Assembly: GCA_963793305.1 (NCBI GenBank)
Contig: CAWBZV010000003.1
Location: forward strand, 1,344,001 to 1,408,000
Length of the DNA stretch: 64,000 nt
Reading direction: 5' to 3'
DNA from: an uncultured Gemmatimonadales bacterium
GTDB lineage: Bacteria; Gemmatimonadota; Gemmatimonadetes; Gemmatimonadales; Gemmatimonadaceae
Positions 10,772 to 20,475 of the stretch are shown in pieces (the stretch's first letter is position 1; every line of letters starts with the position of its first letter). The notes under the pieces were generated by a model, which was not told the DNA's origin, made no database searches, and worked only from the letters and a program-made list of their open reading frames with translations. Both the position numbers and the translations under genes were made by a program.

Positions 10772-12061
10772 CTAGTCGACCGTGTGCAGGACTTGGTTGT
10801 ACATGAGCCACGTCACGATGACACCGAGGAACAGATACAGCACGGTGAACGTGAGGAACGGCACGATCAGACCAGGCATCGGCGTGACCGCGTCCGCCGT
10901 TCTCAGGATGCCGGCCACGATCCATGGCTGACGGCCGACCTCGGTGACGGTCCATCCGGCTTCGACGCAGATGAACCCGAAAGGCGCCGCAACACTCAAC
11001 GCGATCAGAAGCCGCTTGCTGAACTCACGTCGGCGAATCACGTCCCACAGTGCCCAAAGCCCGATGGCCGCCAAAAGTGTTCCGAGTCCGACCATGACTT
11101 GAAATGCCAGATGCACGATGACCACCGGCGGCCAGCGGTTCTCGGGGAAATCATCGAGCCCTTTGACGGTGGCATTGAAATCATGATATGCCATGAACGA
11201 AAGCCCGCCAGGAATCTCGATGTCCCACCTCGTCTCGTGCGCCTTCACGTCCGGGATGCCGCCAATGCGCAATGGCGCGCGAGCCTGCGTTCTGAACTCG
11301 CCTTCCATGGCGGCGAGCTTCACAGGCTGGGTATCAGCGACCACGCGACCCGCAATGTCTCCGGAGATCGGCTGCAAAACAGCCGCGGGTGCGCCGATCA
11401 TGAGCGCAACGATGAGCGCCCGTTTGTGAAAGGCATCCGTCGGCTGACGGAGCAATAGAAACGCGTGGAGCCCCGCGACCGCCATGCCGAGCGACGCATA
11501 CGCGGCCAGCGTCATATGCAGGGTCTCGGCGAGCGCCGCTGGATTGGCCATGGCGACGAACGGATGCACGTCGACCATCTGCCCGTGCTCCAGCCGGAAG
11601 CCCGTCGGCGTATTCATCCACGCATTCGCGTCGACCACGAAGATGGCCGAGAGCGCACCGGAGATCGCGACCAGCACTCCCGCCGTGAGGTGCATCTTCG
11701 GCCCGATGCGATTCCAGCCGTAGAGATAGACGCCGAGGAAGATCGCCTCGGTGAAGAACGCGAACCCTTCCAGCGAAAACGGCATGCCGATAATGCTGCC
11801 CGCGTACTGCATGAACCGCGGCCACAGGAGGCCGAGCTCGAACGACAGCACCGTCCCGGACACGGCGCCCACGGCGAACATGATCGCGGTGCCTTTCGCC
11901 CACCGCTTGGCGAGATCCAGGTACACGCTCTCACCCGTCTTCTGCCATTGCCGCTCGGCGATGACCATGAGCGCGGGCATGCCGATCCCGACGATCGCGA
12001 AGATGATGTGAAAGGCGAGCGAGATCGCCATCTGCGATCGGGCGGCGAGGAGGTCGCTCAT
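10772..12061 (-). CDS. cydA: Cytochrome bd ubiquinol oxidase subunit I
   Basis: AFHIIF, FTEAIFLG, ANAWMNTP, QPVKLAAMEG, GWTVTEVGRQPW. Confidence 0.95.
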   Translation of the reverse strand: MSDLLAARSQMAISLAFHIIFAIVGIGMPALMVIAERQWQKTGESVYLDLAKRWAKGTAIMFAVGAVSGTVLSFELGLLWPRFMQYAGSIIGMPFSLEGFAFFTEAIFLGVYLYGWNRIGPKMHLTAGVLVAISGALSAIFVVDANAWMNTPTGFRLEHGQMVDVHPFVAMANPAALAETLHMTLAAYASLGMAVAGLHAFLLLRQPTDAFHKRALIVALMIGAPAAVLQPISGDIAGRVVADTQPVKLAAMEGEFRTQARAPLRIGGIPDVKAHETRWDIEIPGGLSFMAYHDFNATVKGLDDFPENRWPPVVIVHLAFQVMVGLGTLLAAIGLWALWDVIRRREFSKRLLIALSVAAPFGFICVEAGWTVTEVGRQPWIVAGILRTADAVTPMPGLIVPFLTFTVLYLFLGVIVTWLMYNQVLHTVD

Positions 12062-12203
12062 CTGCTAGCAATATATGACTTATTCCAACGGTTACTCTGG
12101 TCGGTGCGCGATGCGCAACCGCTATCCGGAACTGCACTGACGCCAATCGATGTATATTGACGCGCTGGTGGCATTATAGACAGACGCCAATTATGGTGGT
12201 TCC

Positions 12204-12785
12204 GTGCGCCGGCAAACCAATATCCGCATCGTGCTGGGCATCGTGATCGTGCTGTTGCTCGCGTGGTGCTACAGCATCAGCAATCGGATCTACTCCCTAT
12301 GGCACCAGGGAAGCGACCTCGCGCGTGGGTCCTCACGCCTCGAGCGCGTCGACACGACGCTCGCGCCCGGTTCGCGCGTCGAGTTCAACGGCACGACGGT
12401 CGCTGATCTCCGGAGCACCGGGCACCTCGGCACCCAGGCGGACCATCCGACGATGGACACCATCGCCCTGTTCCACCGCTGGCCCGCGCTCATTGCGTTC
12501 ATTCAGCGCGACTCGGCCAGGTTCGCTCGGGAGCGCGGTGGGCCCACACCTGGTATTGCCGCGGCAAAGCGCTTTCTGCTGAGTCCCGACGCCGGCGATC
12601 TCTATCTCGGCGAGTTCGTCACCGGCGCCGATACCGCGCGGCTGGCGCACGATACGACGCTGTACGCGACTATCGACTCATTGGCCGGCCCTATCGTGTT
12701 GCGACTCCAACCCGGTCCGCACCCTACTGGCCGAATGCGTGGGGAGCTCTTTATCGGGCCGCCGACCGCTTTGTATCGGGTCTAG
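12204..12785 (+). CDS. Hypothetical membrane-anchored protein
   Basis: N-terminal TM helix; TATGGT box 6 nt before GTG; no recognised family. Confidence 0.55.
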   Translation: MRRQTNIRIVLGIVIVLLLAWCYSISNRIYSLWHQGSDLARGSSRLERVDTTLAPGSRVEFNGTTVADLRSTGHLGTQADHPTMDTIALFHRWPALIAFIQRDSARFARERGGPTPGIAAAKRFLLSPDAGDLYLGEFVTGADTARLAHDTTLYATIDSLAGPIVLRLQPGPHPTGRMRGELFIGPPTALYRV

Positions 12786-13405
12786 TCGGGAGCCGTACTT
12801 CTCGCGAGCGCTGCGTCGAGGCCCTCCACCGCCGCGGAGCGTGGCTGAAGTCGCTCGGCCGTATGCGTGGCCGAGAATCGCGCAACTTTGGTATAAGTAA
12901 GTCCAGCCGCCCTGGCGACGTTGAACACTGCTGTATCCTTCACGCCGTCCTTTCCCTTTGGGTGGACAACCCAGAGAGCCGCCTTGGCCGGCAACTTTGC
13001 CGCAACCGTCGCGATCCGCGCCAGATCCTTCTCGCGCTCGACGCCGAGAAAGACGATAGTACTCTCGGCGTGAACACGGCCGTGCGTGATAGCATTGGTG
13101 CGACCAGCGAGCGCCGCGAGAAACTCAGCATCGTCCACGCCGATAACAGACACTACGGCATCAGGTTTGACGCCGAGTTTGTCGATCAGCGACTTGGGTG
13201 ACTTGATCTTCTCGACCCATTTCGAGGCCGACGAACCGACTTGAAGCTCTATGTCGCCGGACGACGTGCGCAGCAAGAGCCGCCCGCCGTCAGCCTTGGC
13301 GCTCGTGATCGCCGCGAACGGGATGCGCCCCCGCACGATGATCTCGTCGGTCTCGAGCAGAACTTTCAGCTCGGCCGAGACTCGACACGTCGTTTCAATG
13401 CCCAT
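12782..13405 (-). CDS. DUF3052-like protein
   Basis: KSLIDKLGVKP, LWVVHPKG, GLTYTKVARFSATHTA; likely start ATG 13405 (MGIETTC). Confidence 0.65.
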   Translation of the reverse strand: MGIETTCRVSAELKVLLETDEIIVRGRIPFAAITSAKADGGRLLLRTSSGDIELQVGSSASKWVEKIKSPKSLIDKLGVKPDAVVSVIGVDDAEFLAALAGRTNAITHGRVHAESTIVFLGVEREKDLARIATVAAKLPAKAALWVVHPKGKDGVKDTAVFNVARAAGLTYTKVARFSATHTAERLQPRSAAVEGLDAALARSTAPD

Positions 13406-13851
13406 AGATACGCCTCGATAGTACGAGCCTGCCCGAAGACAAATCGCGACATGAACCGAAACACGGGATTGTAGATCTCGCCGCGCTCGACGATGGTGAC
13501 TCGCCCGGGCGCGACCCGGTATTCCCACTCGCCGCCAAATGGCAGTGACTTGTCGGCGATCCGCACGACGAGGCGGGATGGCGGCTCGGCGGCAGTTACG
13601 TGATACGTGATGACACCGTTCTTCCCGTGCTCGCGCCACGTCTGGTCTGGCAGCTGATCGACACTCGCGACATCCGGTCGCCACTCGGGAAACGCGGCCA
13701 CGTCGGTCAGCGCCGCCCACACGCGCTCAGCCGGCGCCGAGATCTCGGCCGTACGCTCGGCGGTGTGGGCAACTGGCAGCAGGGCGCCGACGACGACCAC
13801 GATCAGTACGATGCAGGCGACAATGCCGCCCGCGATCAAGAGCCATCTCAT
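13366..13851 (-). CDS. SRPBCC/START (polyketide cyclase-like) protein with N-terminal TM
   Basis: ISAPAERVWAALTD...FPEWRPDV, GEIYNPVFRF. Confidence 0.8.
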   Translation of the reverse strand: MRWLLIAGGIVACIVLIVVVVGALLPVAHTAERTAEISAPAERVWAALTDVAAFPEWRPDVASVDQLPDQTWREHGKNGVITYHVTAAEPPSRLVVRIADKSLPFGGEWEYRVAPGRVTIVERGEIYNPVFRFMSRFVFGQARTIEAYLWALKRRVESRPS

Positions 13852-14309
13852 GCGCGTCGCCTCTTCGCTTCGCCGACGGAGTCTGCGGAGCGTGCCAGGA
13901 TGGTCAACCCGTTGATCGCCGCGCGTTGCTCCTCGGGCGTGAGCCGCGAGAGCAACCCCTCGACCAACGCGGGATCGAGCGCCGAATTCGCGCTGCGCAC
14001 GCGGGCCCCGGCGTCAGTGAGCCGCAGCTGCACGCGACGCCGGTCGCGGTGGTCCCAGGTCCGGTCCACATACCCGTGCTTTTGGAGCCGGTCGACGGCG
14101 ACCGACATGGTGCCGGGCGTGACCCCCAGATGCCGCGCGAGCGCCGTCAGCGAGGTCGCCTCGACCGTGTCCAGATGGTCGAGGATGCTCGCCTGGTGCG
14201 CGCTGAGCAGTGTGCCGCCCTCGGGATCCCGCACGTGGCGGCGATGACAGGCGAACCAGATACGCGGGTACGCCGTCATGACCACCGCCGCCGCATCGCT
14301 CGTCCGCAT
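13848..14309 (-). CDS. MarR-family transcriptional regulator
   Basis: LARHLGVTPGTMSVAVDRL, DRRRVQLRLTDAG; start ATG 14309. Confidence 0.88.
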   Translation of the reverse strand: MRTSDAAAVVMTAYPRIWFACHRRHVRDPEGGTLLSAHQASILDHLDTVEATSLTALARHLGVTPGTMSVAVDRLQKHGYVDRTWDHRDRRRVQLRLTDAGARVRSANSALDPALVEGLLSRLTPEEQRAAINGLTILARSADSVGEAKRRRA

Positions 14310-14314
14310 GCCCC

Positions 14315-14348
14315 AATCTAGGTAAGTAATTTGTTTTGTCAAATCAAA
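14315..14348 (-). promoter_or_regulatory. Leaderless promoter of marR with an overlapping imperfect palindrome (candidate operator)
   Basis: Minus strand TTGACA (14342-14337), 16 bp, TAGATT (14320-14315), 5 nt, ATG; palindrome TTGTTTTG-T-CAAATCAA at 14331-14347. Confidence 0.5.
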
Positions 14349-14382
14349 AGAAACTGCCACGCAACGCCGGCGTAGTAGGGCA

Positions 14383-16530
14383 GTGCTCGCGCTCCTGTTG
14401 TTCCTCGCGTTCGGCCAGAAAGGTCAGGACACGACCGACGCCTACGACTCGCGCGCGACACATGACCTCGTGGCGCTCGCGCGGTCGGCGCGGCATGCGG
14501 ACGACGCACGGCTCCAGGGATACGACGCCACCGTCGTCCAGCAGATGACCATCGGGATCGAGCTCGCGCGGTTCGTGCGCCGACGGACGCTCTTCCAAAA
14601 GCAGACCGCCGCGCGCGTGCGCTGGCAGCGCGGCTCGGGTGCCGTGGTCGATATCATTGGCGATCGCACCAAGCTGCCGATCATTCCCGAGGTCGACGCC
14701 GACGTTGATGACGGCGACGGGCTGGTCGCATTGCCCTACGTGCCGGGGCGCCCGATCCCGTGGCAGCGAACGACGCACGACACCATCGACGCGAACGACT
14801 GGATCGACCCGCTCGCGCCGGGCGCCGAGGCGTACTACCGGTACACGGCAGGCGACTCGGAGACGATCCGCGCGCCGGGCGCCGAACCGGTCCGCGTGCG
14901 CGAGATCCGTCTCCACCCGCGCCGCCCCCAGTGGAACCTCGGCGTGGGCTCCCTCTGGTTCGACGAAGCCTCGGGGCATCTCGTCCGGGCGGTGTACCGA
15001 TTCGCGGCGCCCATGAACATCATGGAGGTCGCGCGATCGAAGGACCCGCACTCGTTCGACGACGTTCCGATCTGGGTGCGCCCGCTGATCTTCCCGATGT
15101 CGGCCAACGTCTCGACCGTCATCATCGAGTACGGCCTGCTCGAGAATCGGTTCTGGCTGCCAACGGGAGGGCTCTTCGAGGGACAAGCGCGTGCCGGCGG
15201 CATGCGATTCCCGTTCAATCTGGAAGCGCGCTATCGCTACGCGAGCGTCAACGAGCCGGACTCGCTCCCGCCCATCACGATGCAGCCGCTGCCGGACTCG
15301 GTGGCCGACTCCGTGCGCCAGCACCTGCGCCGGGATCAGTGCGCGCATGGCAGCGTGTGGACCGAGGTCGATACCTCGGGCAATCGCGGCGTGCGCGTGC
15401 TGACGCGAACGCCGTGCGATACGGCGGCGCTGGCGCGTTCGCCTTCGCTACCCGCGGGCGACTACGGTCCCGCCGCGGTCGATGTCAGCACGCTCGTGCG
15501 CGCCATCGGCATGAACGCGCAACCGGATTGGGCGCCGCAGTCCGTGCAGCTGCACTACGGTCTCGATCACGGCCTCGTGCGATACAATCGCGTCGAGGGC
15601 CTCTCGGCTGGCGTGGCCCTCAGCGACGACCTTGGCCGCGGCTACTCCACGTGGGGCGAATTCCGCTTCGGCGTCGCCGACCGCCAGCCGAACGCCGAGT
15701 TCCGTGTCACGCAATCCGACGACCGCACCACGCTCGGCCTCGGCGTCTACCGCCGCCTCGTCTCGGCCAACGACTGGGGCGACCCGCTCTCGCTCGGCGG
15801 GTCGCTCTCGGCGCTCCTCTTCGGCGACGACGAGGGCTACTACTATCGCGCCTGGGGCGGCGAGTTCACGAGCCAGGGCAACCTGGGAGTGCCGTACACC
15901 TGGCGCCTGTTCGCCGAGGGCGAGGGAACGGCGCAGGTCAACACCAATTTCTCGTTCACCCACGCGTTCGACGGCTCACACGCGCCGGCCAACCTCGTCG
16001 CCCGCGAGGGCGCCGTCACCGGCTTCTCGGTGCGACTCGTGCCGTCCTACGGCCTCGACCCGCACGGGTTCCGCGTACTGTCGGACATTCGAGTCGAGGG
16101 CGCCGCGGGCACCTTCGACTATGCGCGCGGCGCCGCGGACGTCACGCTCTCGGACGGCATCGCGCGGGTGCTGGACGGCGCCGTCACGCTCAGCGCCGGC
16201 ATGACTGGCGGCCAGGTGCCCCCGCAGCGTTGGTGGTACCTGGGCGGCCTCCAAACCGTCCGCGGCCTCCCGCCCGGCGTGGAGGCCGGCGACAGCTACT
16301 GGCTCACGCGCGTCGAGCTCGGGCCGCGCTCAGTCGCGTTCAAGCCCGTCGTGTTCTACGACATGGGCTGGGCGGGGGACCGGAGCGACTGGGGCCACGA
16401 GGGCCGCCCACTGAGCGGCGCCGGCGCCGGCATGTCGTTCCTCGACGGCCTCATTCGCCTCGACGTCGCGCACGCGATTTACCCCGGGCGCTCGTGGCGC
16501 GTGAACTCGTACCTGAACGCGACGTTTTGA
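14383..16530 (+). CDS. Putative outer-membrane beta-barrel protein (uncharacterised)
   Basis: Signal-like N-terminus, RYNRVEGLSAG, YLGGLQTVRG (Omp85-like VRG loop), alternating beta-strands, C-terminal Phe. Confidence 0.7.
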   Translation: MLALLLFLAFGQKGQDTTDAYDSRATHDLVALARSARHADDARLQGYDATVVQQMTIGIELARFVRRRTLFQKQTAARVRWQRGSGAVVDIIGDRTKLPIIPEVDADVDDGDGLVALPYVPGRPIPWQRTTHDTIDANDWIDPLAPGAEAYYRYTAGDSETIRAPGAEPVRVREIRLHPRRPQWNLGVGSLWFDEASGHLVRAVYRFAAPMNIMEVARSKDPHSFDDVPIWVRPLIFPMSANVSTVIIEYGLLENRFWLPTGGLFEGQARAGGMRFPFNLEARYRYASVNEPDSLPPITMQPLPDSVADSVRQHLRRDQCAHGSVWTEVDTSGNRGVRVLTRTPCDTAALARSPSLPAGDYGPAAVDVSTLVRAIGMNAQPDWAPQSVQLHYGLDHGLVRYNRVEGLSAGVALSDDLGRGYSTWGEFRFGVADRQPNAEFRVTQSDDRTTLGLGVYRRLVSANDWGDPLSLGGSLSALLFGDDEGYYYRAWGGEFTSQGNLGVPYTWRLFAEGEGTAQVNTNFSFTHAFDGSHAPANLVAREGAVTGFSVRLVPSYGLDPHGFRVLSDIRVEGAAGTFDYARGAADVTLSDGIARVLDGAVTLSAGMTGGQVPPQRWWYLGGLQTVRGLPPGVEAGDSYWLTRVELGPRSVAFKPVVFYDMGWAGDRSDWGHEGRPLSGAGAGMSFLDGLIRLDVAHAIYPGRSWRVNSYLNATF

Positions 16531-17050
16531 TGCGATAGGTCGCGTACACGCAGCCACCCTCCGTCGTCCGAGACGCCTTCATCTCCAAGGGGACCCGCCT
16601 GCCGGGGTCGCGAAACAGTGGGACGCCGGCGCCGAGCAAGATCGGGTGGATGTTCAACCCAATCTCGTCGATCGCGTCGGCGGCGAAGAGCGCTTGCGCG
16701 AGATGCCCGCCGCTCATGAGCCAGAGTCCCTTGCCAGGTTGTCGCTTGAGATCGTTCACGAACGCCCCGGGGTCGGTGGCCACCAGCTCGACATTCCGCT
16801 GGTCGATCGACTGCAGCGTGCGCGAGAACACGTAGTTGCGCATTGACCCGAACCCGGGATCGTTGGCTCGACCGGCGGCCACCGCCAGGTCCCACGTCTT
16901 GCGGCCCCACAGCAGCGTATCGATCGTAGCCCAATATTCGGCCATGATCGCCTGCCCGTCGCGGCTGGACCGGATCCAGTCAATGCCGCCGTTGGCGTCG
17001 GCGATGAATCCATTGAGGCTGCAAGCCGCGAGATACGAGACGGTGCGCAT
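16451..17050 (-). CDS. Dihydrofolate reductase/RibD C-terminal family protein
   Basis: ACSLNGFIA, LLWGRKTW, LWLMSGG, HPILLGAGVPLF; start ATG 17050. Confidence 0.85.
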   Translation of the reverse strand: MRTVSYLAACSLNGFIADANGGIDWIRSSRDGQAIMAEYWATIDTLLWGRKTWDLAVAAGRANDPGFGSMRNYVFSRTLQSIDQRNVELVATDPGAFVNDLKRQPGKGLWLMSGGHLAQALFAADAIDEIGLNIHPILLGAGVPLFRDPGRRVPLEMKASRTTEGGCVYATYRIKTSRSGTSSRATSARGKSRARRRGE

Positions 17051-17052
17051 AA

Positions 17053-17068
17053 CTAAATCCTCGTTTAG
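17053..17068. promoter_or_regulatory. Candidate TetR operator
   Basis: CTAAA-N6-TTTAG inverted repeat in the 30-bp gap between divergent DHFR-like and tetR genes. Confidence 0.5.
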
Positions 17069-17080
17069 ATTCAAATTATC

Positions 17081-17740
17081 ATGAGCCCTCGGCCGCGCAA
17101 GGTCAGCGACGATGACGTCTTCGCGGCCACCCACCGGGCGATGTCGCGACTCGGTCCGGGGGAACTGACGTTGGCCGAAATCGCCGCCGAGGCCGGAGTC
17201 ACGGCCGGCGCGCTGGTGCAGCGGTTCGGCTCGAAGCGCGACCTGCTGCTGTTGCTGTTCAAGCAGGCCGCTGGCTCTGCCGGCGAGATGATGCGCGCCC
17301 TGCGCGCCCAACACCGTTCGCCACTCGCCGCCGTGCGCGCCTATGCGGTGTGCATGGCGGACCTGGCGCAATCGCCATCGGCATTCGTGCGCAACCTCGC
17401 GTATCTGCAGACCGATTTGACCGACCCCGACTTTCGCGCGTGCCTCGTGGAGCAGGCGCGGGCGACTCGCGCGGCACTGCGCGCGTGGATCGCGGAGGCG
17501 GTTGCTCTGGGCGAGCTCAATACAGAGCCGGCGAAGCTCGCTCGAACCATTGAGACCGTCGTCAGCGGCTCACTGATGACTTGGGCGACGTACGCCCGGG
17601 GGTCGGCCGCGCGCTGGATCCAGGCCGATGTCGATGCGGTGCTGGCGCCGTATCTCGCTACACGCTCTGGCCGAGGCGGCGCTCCAGCTCGACGCGGTAG
17701 CGACGGCTCACCCGCAGGCGCGCGCCGTCGCTCAAGATGA
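17081..17740 (+). CDS. TetR/AcrR-family regulator
   Basis: LTLAEIAAEAGVTAGALVQRFGSKRDLL HTH. Confidence 0.88.
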   Translation: MSPRPRKVSDDDVFAATHRAMSRLGPGELTLAEIAAEAGVTAGALVQRFGSKRDLLLLLFKQAAGSAGEMMRALRAQHRSPLAAVRAYAVCMADLAQSPSAFVRNLAYLQTDLTDPDFRACLVEQARATRAALRAWIAEAVALGELNTEPAKLARTIETVVSGSLMTWATYARGSAARWIQADVDAVLAPYLATRSGRGGAPARRGSDGSPAGARRRSR

Positions 17741-18413
17741 CGACGCTGTCGCCCGAGGCCCACGGCTGGACCTCGGTCACTCGATCGAGGTTGATAAGGG
17801 CCGAGCGATGCACGCGGCAGAAATGCGCGGGACCGAGGCGATCTTCGAGCCTGCGCAACGTCGTTCTGAGCACGTGGGTGTGTCCTTTGACGTGCAGCCG
17901 CGCGTAATTCCCGACCGCGTCGATCCAGTCGATCTCGTCGACCCGTATCGGCCTGGCCCGCCCCTTGTCTCGCACCAGCAATCGCTTCGCCGTGGTCTTG
18001 AGATCGTCGAGTATGTCCCGCAGCGCGGCGTACCGCTCGGCGGCGGTCGCCTGCTCCCGGCTCTGCCGCACTCGGGCCACGGCCTGCTGGACCCGCTCGC
18101 CATCAATCGGTTTCAGTAGATAGTCGACGGCTCGAACCTGGAACGCGCGGACGGCGTGCGCGTCGTACGCGGTCACGAACACCACGCACGGCGCATTGTC
18201 GGGCGAAACGGCGCGGAGCACCTCGAACCCGTCGATCTCCGGCATCTGCACGTCGAGAAACACCACGTCCGGCCGAAATGCGGTCACCGCGTCGATGGCC
18301 TCCCGGCCCGACGTGCATTCGGCGACAATGGCCACGTCGGGTTCGGCTTCCAGCAAGCGCCGCAGGCGGGCGAGCGCCAGCAATTCGTCATCGACCAGGA
18401 CGGTGCGGATCAC
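17658..18413 (-). CDS. LytTR-family response regulator
   Basis: VDDE, FLDVQMP, VTAYD, DYLLKP, FCRVHRSALIN, VSRRY; GTG start 18413. Confidence 0.92.
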   Translation of the reverse strand: MIRTVLVDDELLALARLRRLLEAEPDVAIVAECTSGREAIDAVTAFRPDVVFLDVQMPEIDGFEVLRAVSPDNAPCVVFVTAYDAHAVRAFQVRAVDYLLKPIDGERVQQAVARVRQSREQATAAERYAALRDILDDLKTTAKRLLVRDKGRARPIRVDEIDWIDAVGNYARLHVKGHTHVLRTTLRRLEDRLGPAHFCRVHRSALINLDRVTEVQPWASGDSVVILSDGARLRVSRRYRVELERRLGQSV

Positions 18414-19441
18414 GCGGGCACTCTCACGACGACCATGACCCCGGGCTGACCGTCCGTGATGCTCAGCGTGCCCTTGGCGCCATACATCGTGCGCAGCCGG
18501 CGTCGCGTGTTGCGTAACCCCACGCCTTCCCGCCAGGCATTCCCGCTGGGCAATCCCCGGCCGTTGTCGCGCACGACCACCTCGAGCCCGGCGTCTCGCA
18601 CGCGCGCGTCCACGCGGATGGCCCCTCGCGCGGCGCGAGGCTCGATCCCATGTCGCACGGCATTTTCCACTAACGGTTGCAAGAACAATGTCGGCACACT
18701 CACGTCGAGCGTCTCCGGCTCGGCGCACACCGTGAGCTCGATGCGATCCCCGAATCGCGCGCGAATGATGCCGATGTACGCGTCGAGCAGCGCGAGCTCA
18801 TCGCGCAACGGAATCTCGTGCCGCCCGGCGTAGGACCGATCGAACACGCGCCGCAAGAGGGTCGCGAGCCGCGTGAGCATCGCGTCGGCGGCCGCCGGAT
18901 CCCGGTGGATCAACTCGGCCGCCGCGTTCAGCGTGTTGAACAAGAAGTGCGGTTGCAGCTGCGCCCGTAATGCGCCCAGGCGTGCCGAAGTGAGGCGTTG
19001 GGCCAGTCGCGCCGATCGCACCCGTCGTCGCTCGGACAACCGGCGCTCGTCGTTCGCATAGGCGATGACCAGTACCGCGGCGTAACTCACGACGTCGAGA
19101 AATAAGCGCGCGCTGAAGTCGACGGAGAATCGCGCATGTGACCAGGGAATCGTCAGCGCCGATTCGATCGTCAGCAGCGCGAGCGCCGCGAGGAGGTGCA
19201 CCGGTACGCTCGTGCGCCACGTCGCGCGCGTGACCCGGAACCGCCGGGCGAGCCACAGAATGACCGGTGTGTACGCGGCCCACAGCCAGACGCTGAACAT
19301 ATTGGCGGCCGCGTACCGGCCCCACGGTCTGGCGTCCCCCCGCACGAGGTCGGCGATGTACGACTGGTAGGTCGAGAACAGGCCGACCGCCGTCCACACG
19401 CCGACGATCGTCAGCGCTTGTCGTACTCGCCGTGCCTGCAT
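18410..19441 (-). CDS. LytS/YehU-type sensor histidine kinase
   Basis: LRAQLQPHFLFNTLN, LQPLVENAVRHG, DNGRG, GVGLRN. Confidence 0.92.
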   Translation of the reverse strand: MQARRVRQALTIVGVWTAVGLFSTYQSYIADLVRGDARPWGRYAAANMFSVWLWAAYTPVILWLARRFRVTRATWRTSVPVHLLAALALLTIESALTIPWSHARFSVDFSARLFLDVVSYAAVLVIAYANDERRLSERRRVRSARLAQRLTSARLGALRAQLQPHFLFNTLNAAAELIHRDPAAADAMLTRLATLLRRVFDRSYAGRHEIPLRDELALLDAYIGIIRARFGDRIELTVCAEPETLDVSVPTLFLQPLVENAVRHGIEPRAARGAIRVDARVRDAGLEVVVRDNGRGLPSGNAWREGVGLRNTRRRLRTMYGAKGTLSITDGQPGVMVVVRVPA

Positions 19442-19449
19442 GCCGTAAC

Positions 19450-20334
19450 CTACGGCGAGACCGGCTGGCTACCAGTGAACGTGCCGCCGTCTTGGAGGTA
19501 GCGCCAGCTCCCGTTCGCCTCGCGCTTCCAGATCGACAGGTACTGCCCATAGAAGAAGGTGCTGGGGCCGATGAAGACGTACGGTCCGGCCGTGTACGCG
19601 AGATCGTTGCTCGACGCCACATCGGCCAGCGTCGGGGTCCAGCTGAGCACCTGGTTGATCGTTGTCCCGTTGTAGTACGCGCGGATCGCCGTCTTCCCGT
19701 ACACGAAATCCGCGCCGGTTTGGATCCCGAACGTGTCGGCGTACATCGTGAACGACGAATCCTGTCCGACGTAGACGGACAGATCCGAGAACGCCTGGTC
19801 GGTCGCCAGCACGCTCGACGAAGATGTGTACGAGGGGCTCGTGGCAGTCGTCGGCGTCATGTATGGTCCCGTCGGAGCAGTCGGCGTCGCCGACCCGGGT
19901 GCCATCATCCAGGCCTCGACTTTCCAGGCGCCGTTGATGCGCCGCCAGAACGCGATGTACAGCAGCGGCTGCGTCCCCGGCCCCAGTATCGTATCGCCGG
20001 CCGGGTCGACCTGCGTGGCCGCGCCATAGCTGTAGCCGACATCGCCCGCCGACGACACGTCGACAAAAAACGACTTCCAGGTGAGCGAGTATCCAGGGGT
20101 CGTGTACAGCGCCGTCAACGTCGCTTTGATGTTGGCTCGGCCAACGATGATCGGTAGACCGGTCTGCTCATAGATCGCGCTGTCCGCGAATCCGGATGCA
20201 AACCCGAAACCGGTGGTCGAGAGCGCCGAGTCGGCCGACCTGAGCGCCGCCCGCGCGCTGTTCAAATCGACGTGGGTGGGCGACGTGGAGGAAGCACACG
20301 CGCTCACGACTAATGTCAGTGCAAGAATACGCAT
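19450..20334 (-). CDS. Lipoprotein with two NTF2-like (DUF4440) domains
   Basis: Lipobox VSAC; duplicated DV(S/A)SxxD(V/L)xY and (F/I)W(R/K)RxxxGxW motifs. Confidence 0.75.
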   Translation of the reverse strand: MRILALTLVVSACASSTSPTHVDLNSARAALRSADSALSTTGFGFASGFADSAIYEQTGLPIIVGRANIKATLTALYTTPGYSLTWKSFFVDVSSAGDVGYSYGAATQVDPAGDTILGPGTQPLLYIAFWRRINGAWKVEAWMMAPGSATPTAPTGPYMTPTTATSPSYTSSSSVLATDQAFSDLSVYVGQDSSFTMYADTFGIQTGADFVYGKTAIRAYYNGTTINQVLSWTPTLADVASSNDLAYTAGPYVFIGPSTFFYGQYLSIWKREANGSWRYLQDGGTFTGSQPVSP

Positions 20335-20377
20335 GGCCGGGACGCTACGCGCCCGGCCAATGCGCGCCTACGATACG

Positions 20378-20459
20378 GTGATCACTCGCACCTGAACGAT
20401 GATCAACGGCGAGCCCAACGACGGCGACCGATCACAGGCGACCGGATCAGCGGCGAGCG
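20378..20459. repeat. Degenerate direct repeats upstream of the DUF4440-lytS-lytTR operon
   Basis: GGCGA at 20408, 20423, 20437, 20452; GATCA at 20380, 20401, 20430, 20445. Confidence 0.5.
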
Positions 20460-20475
20460 AGCCGCGCAGCGGCCG

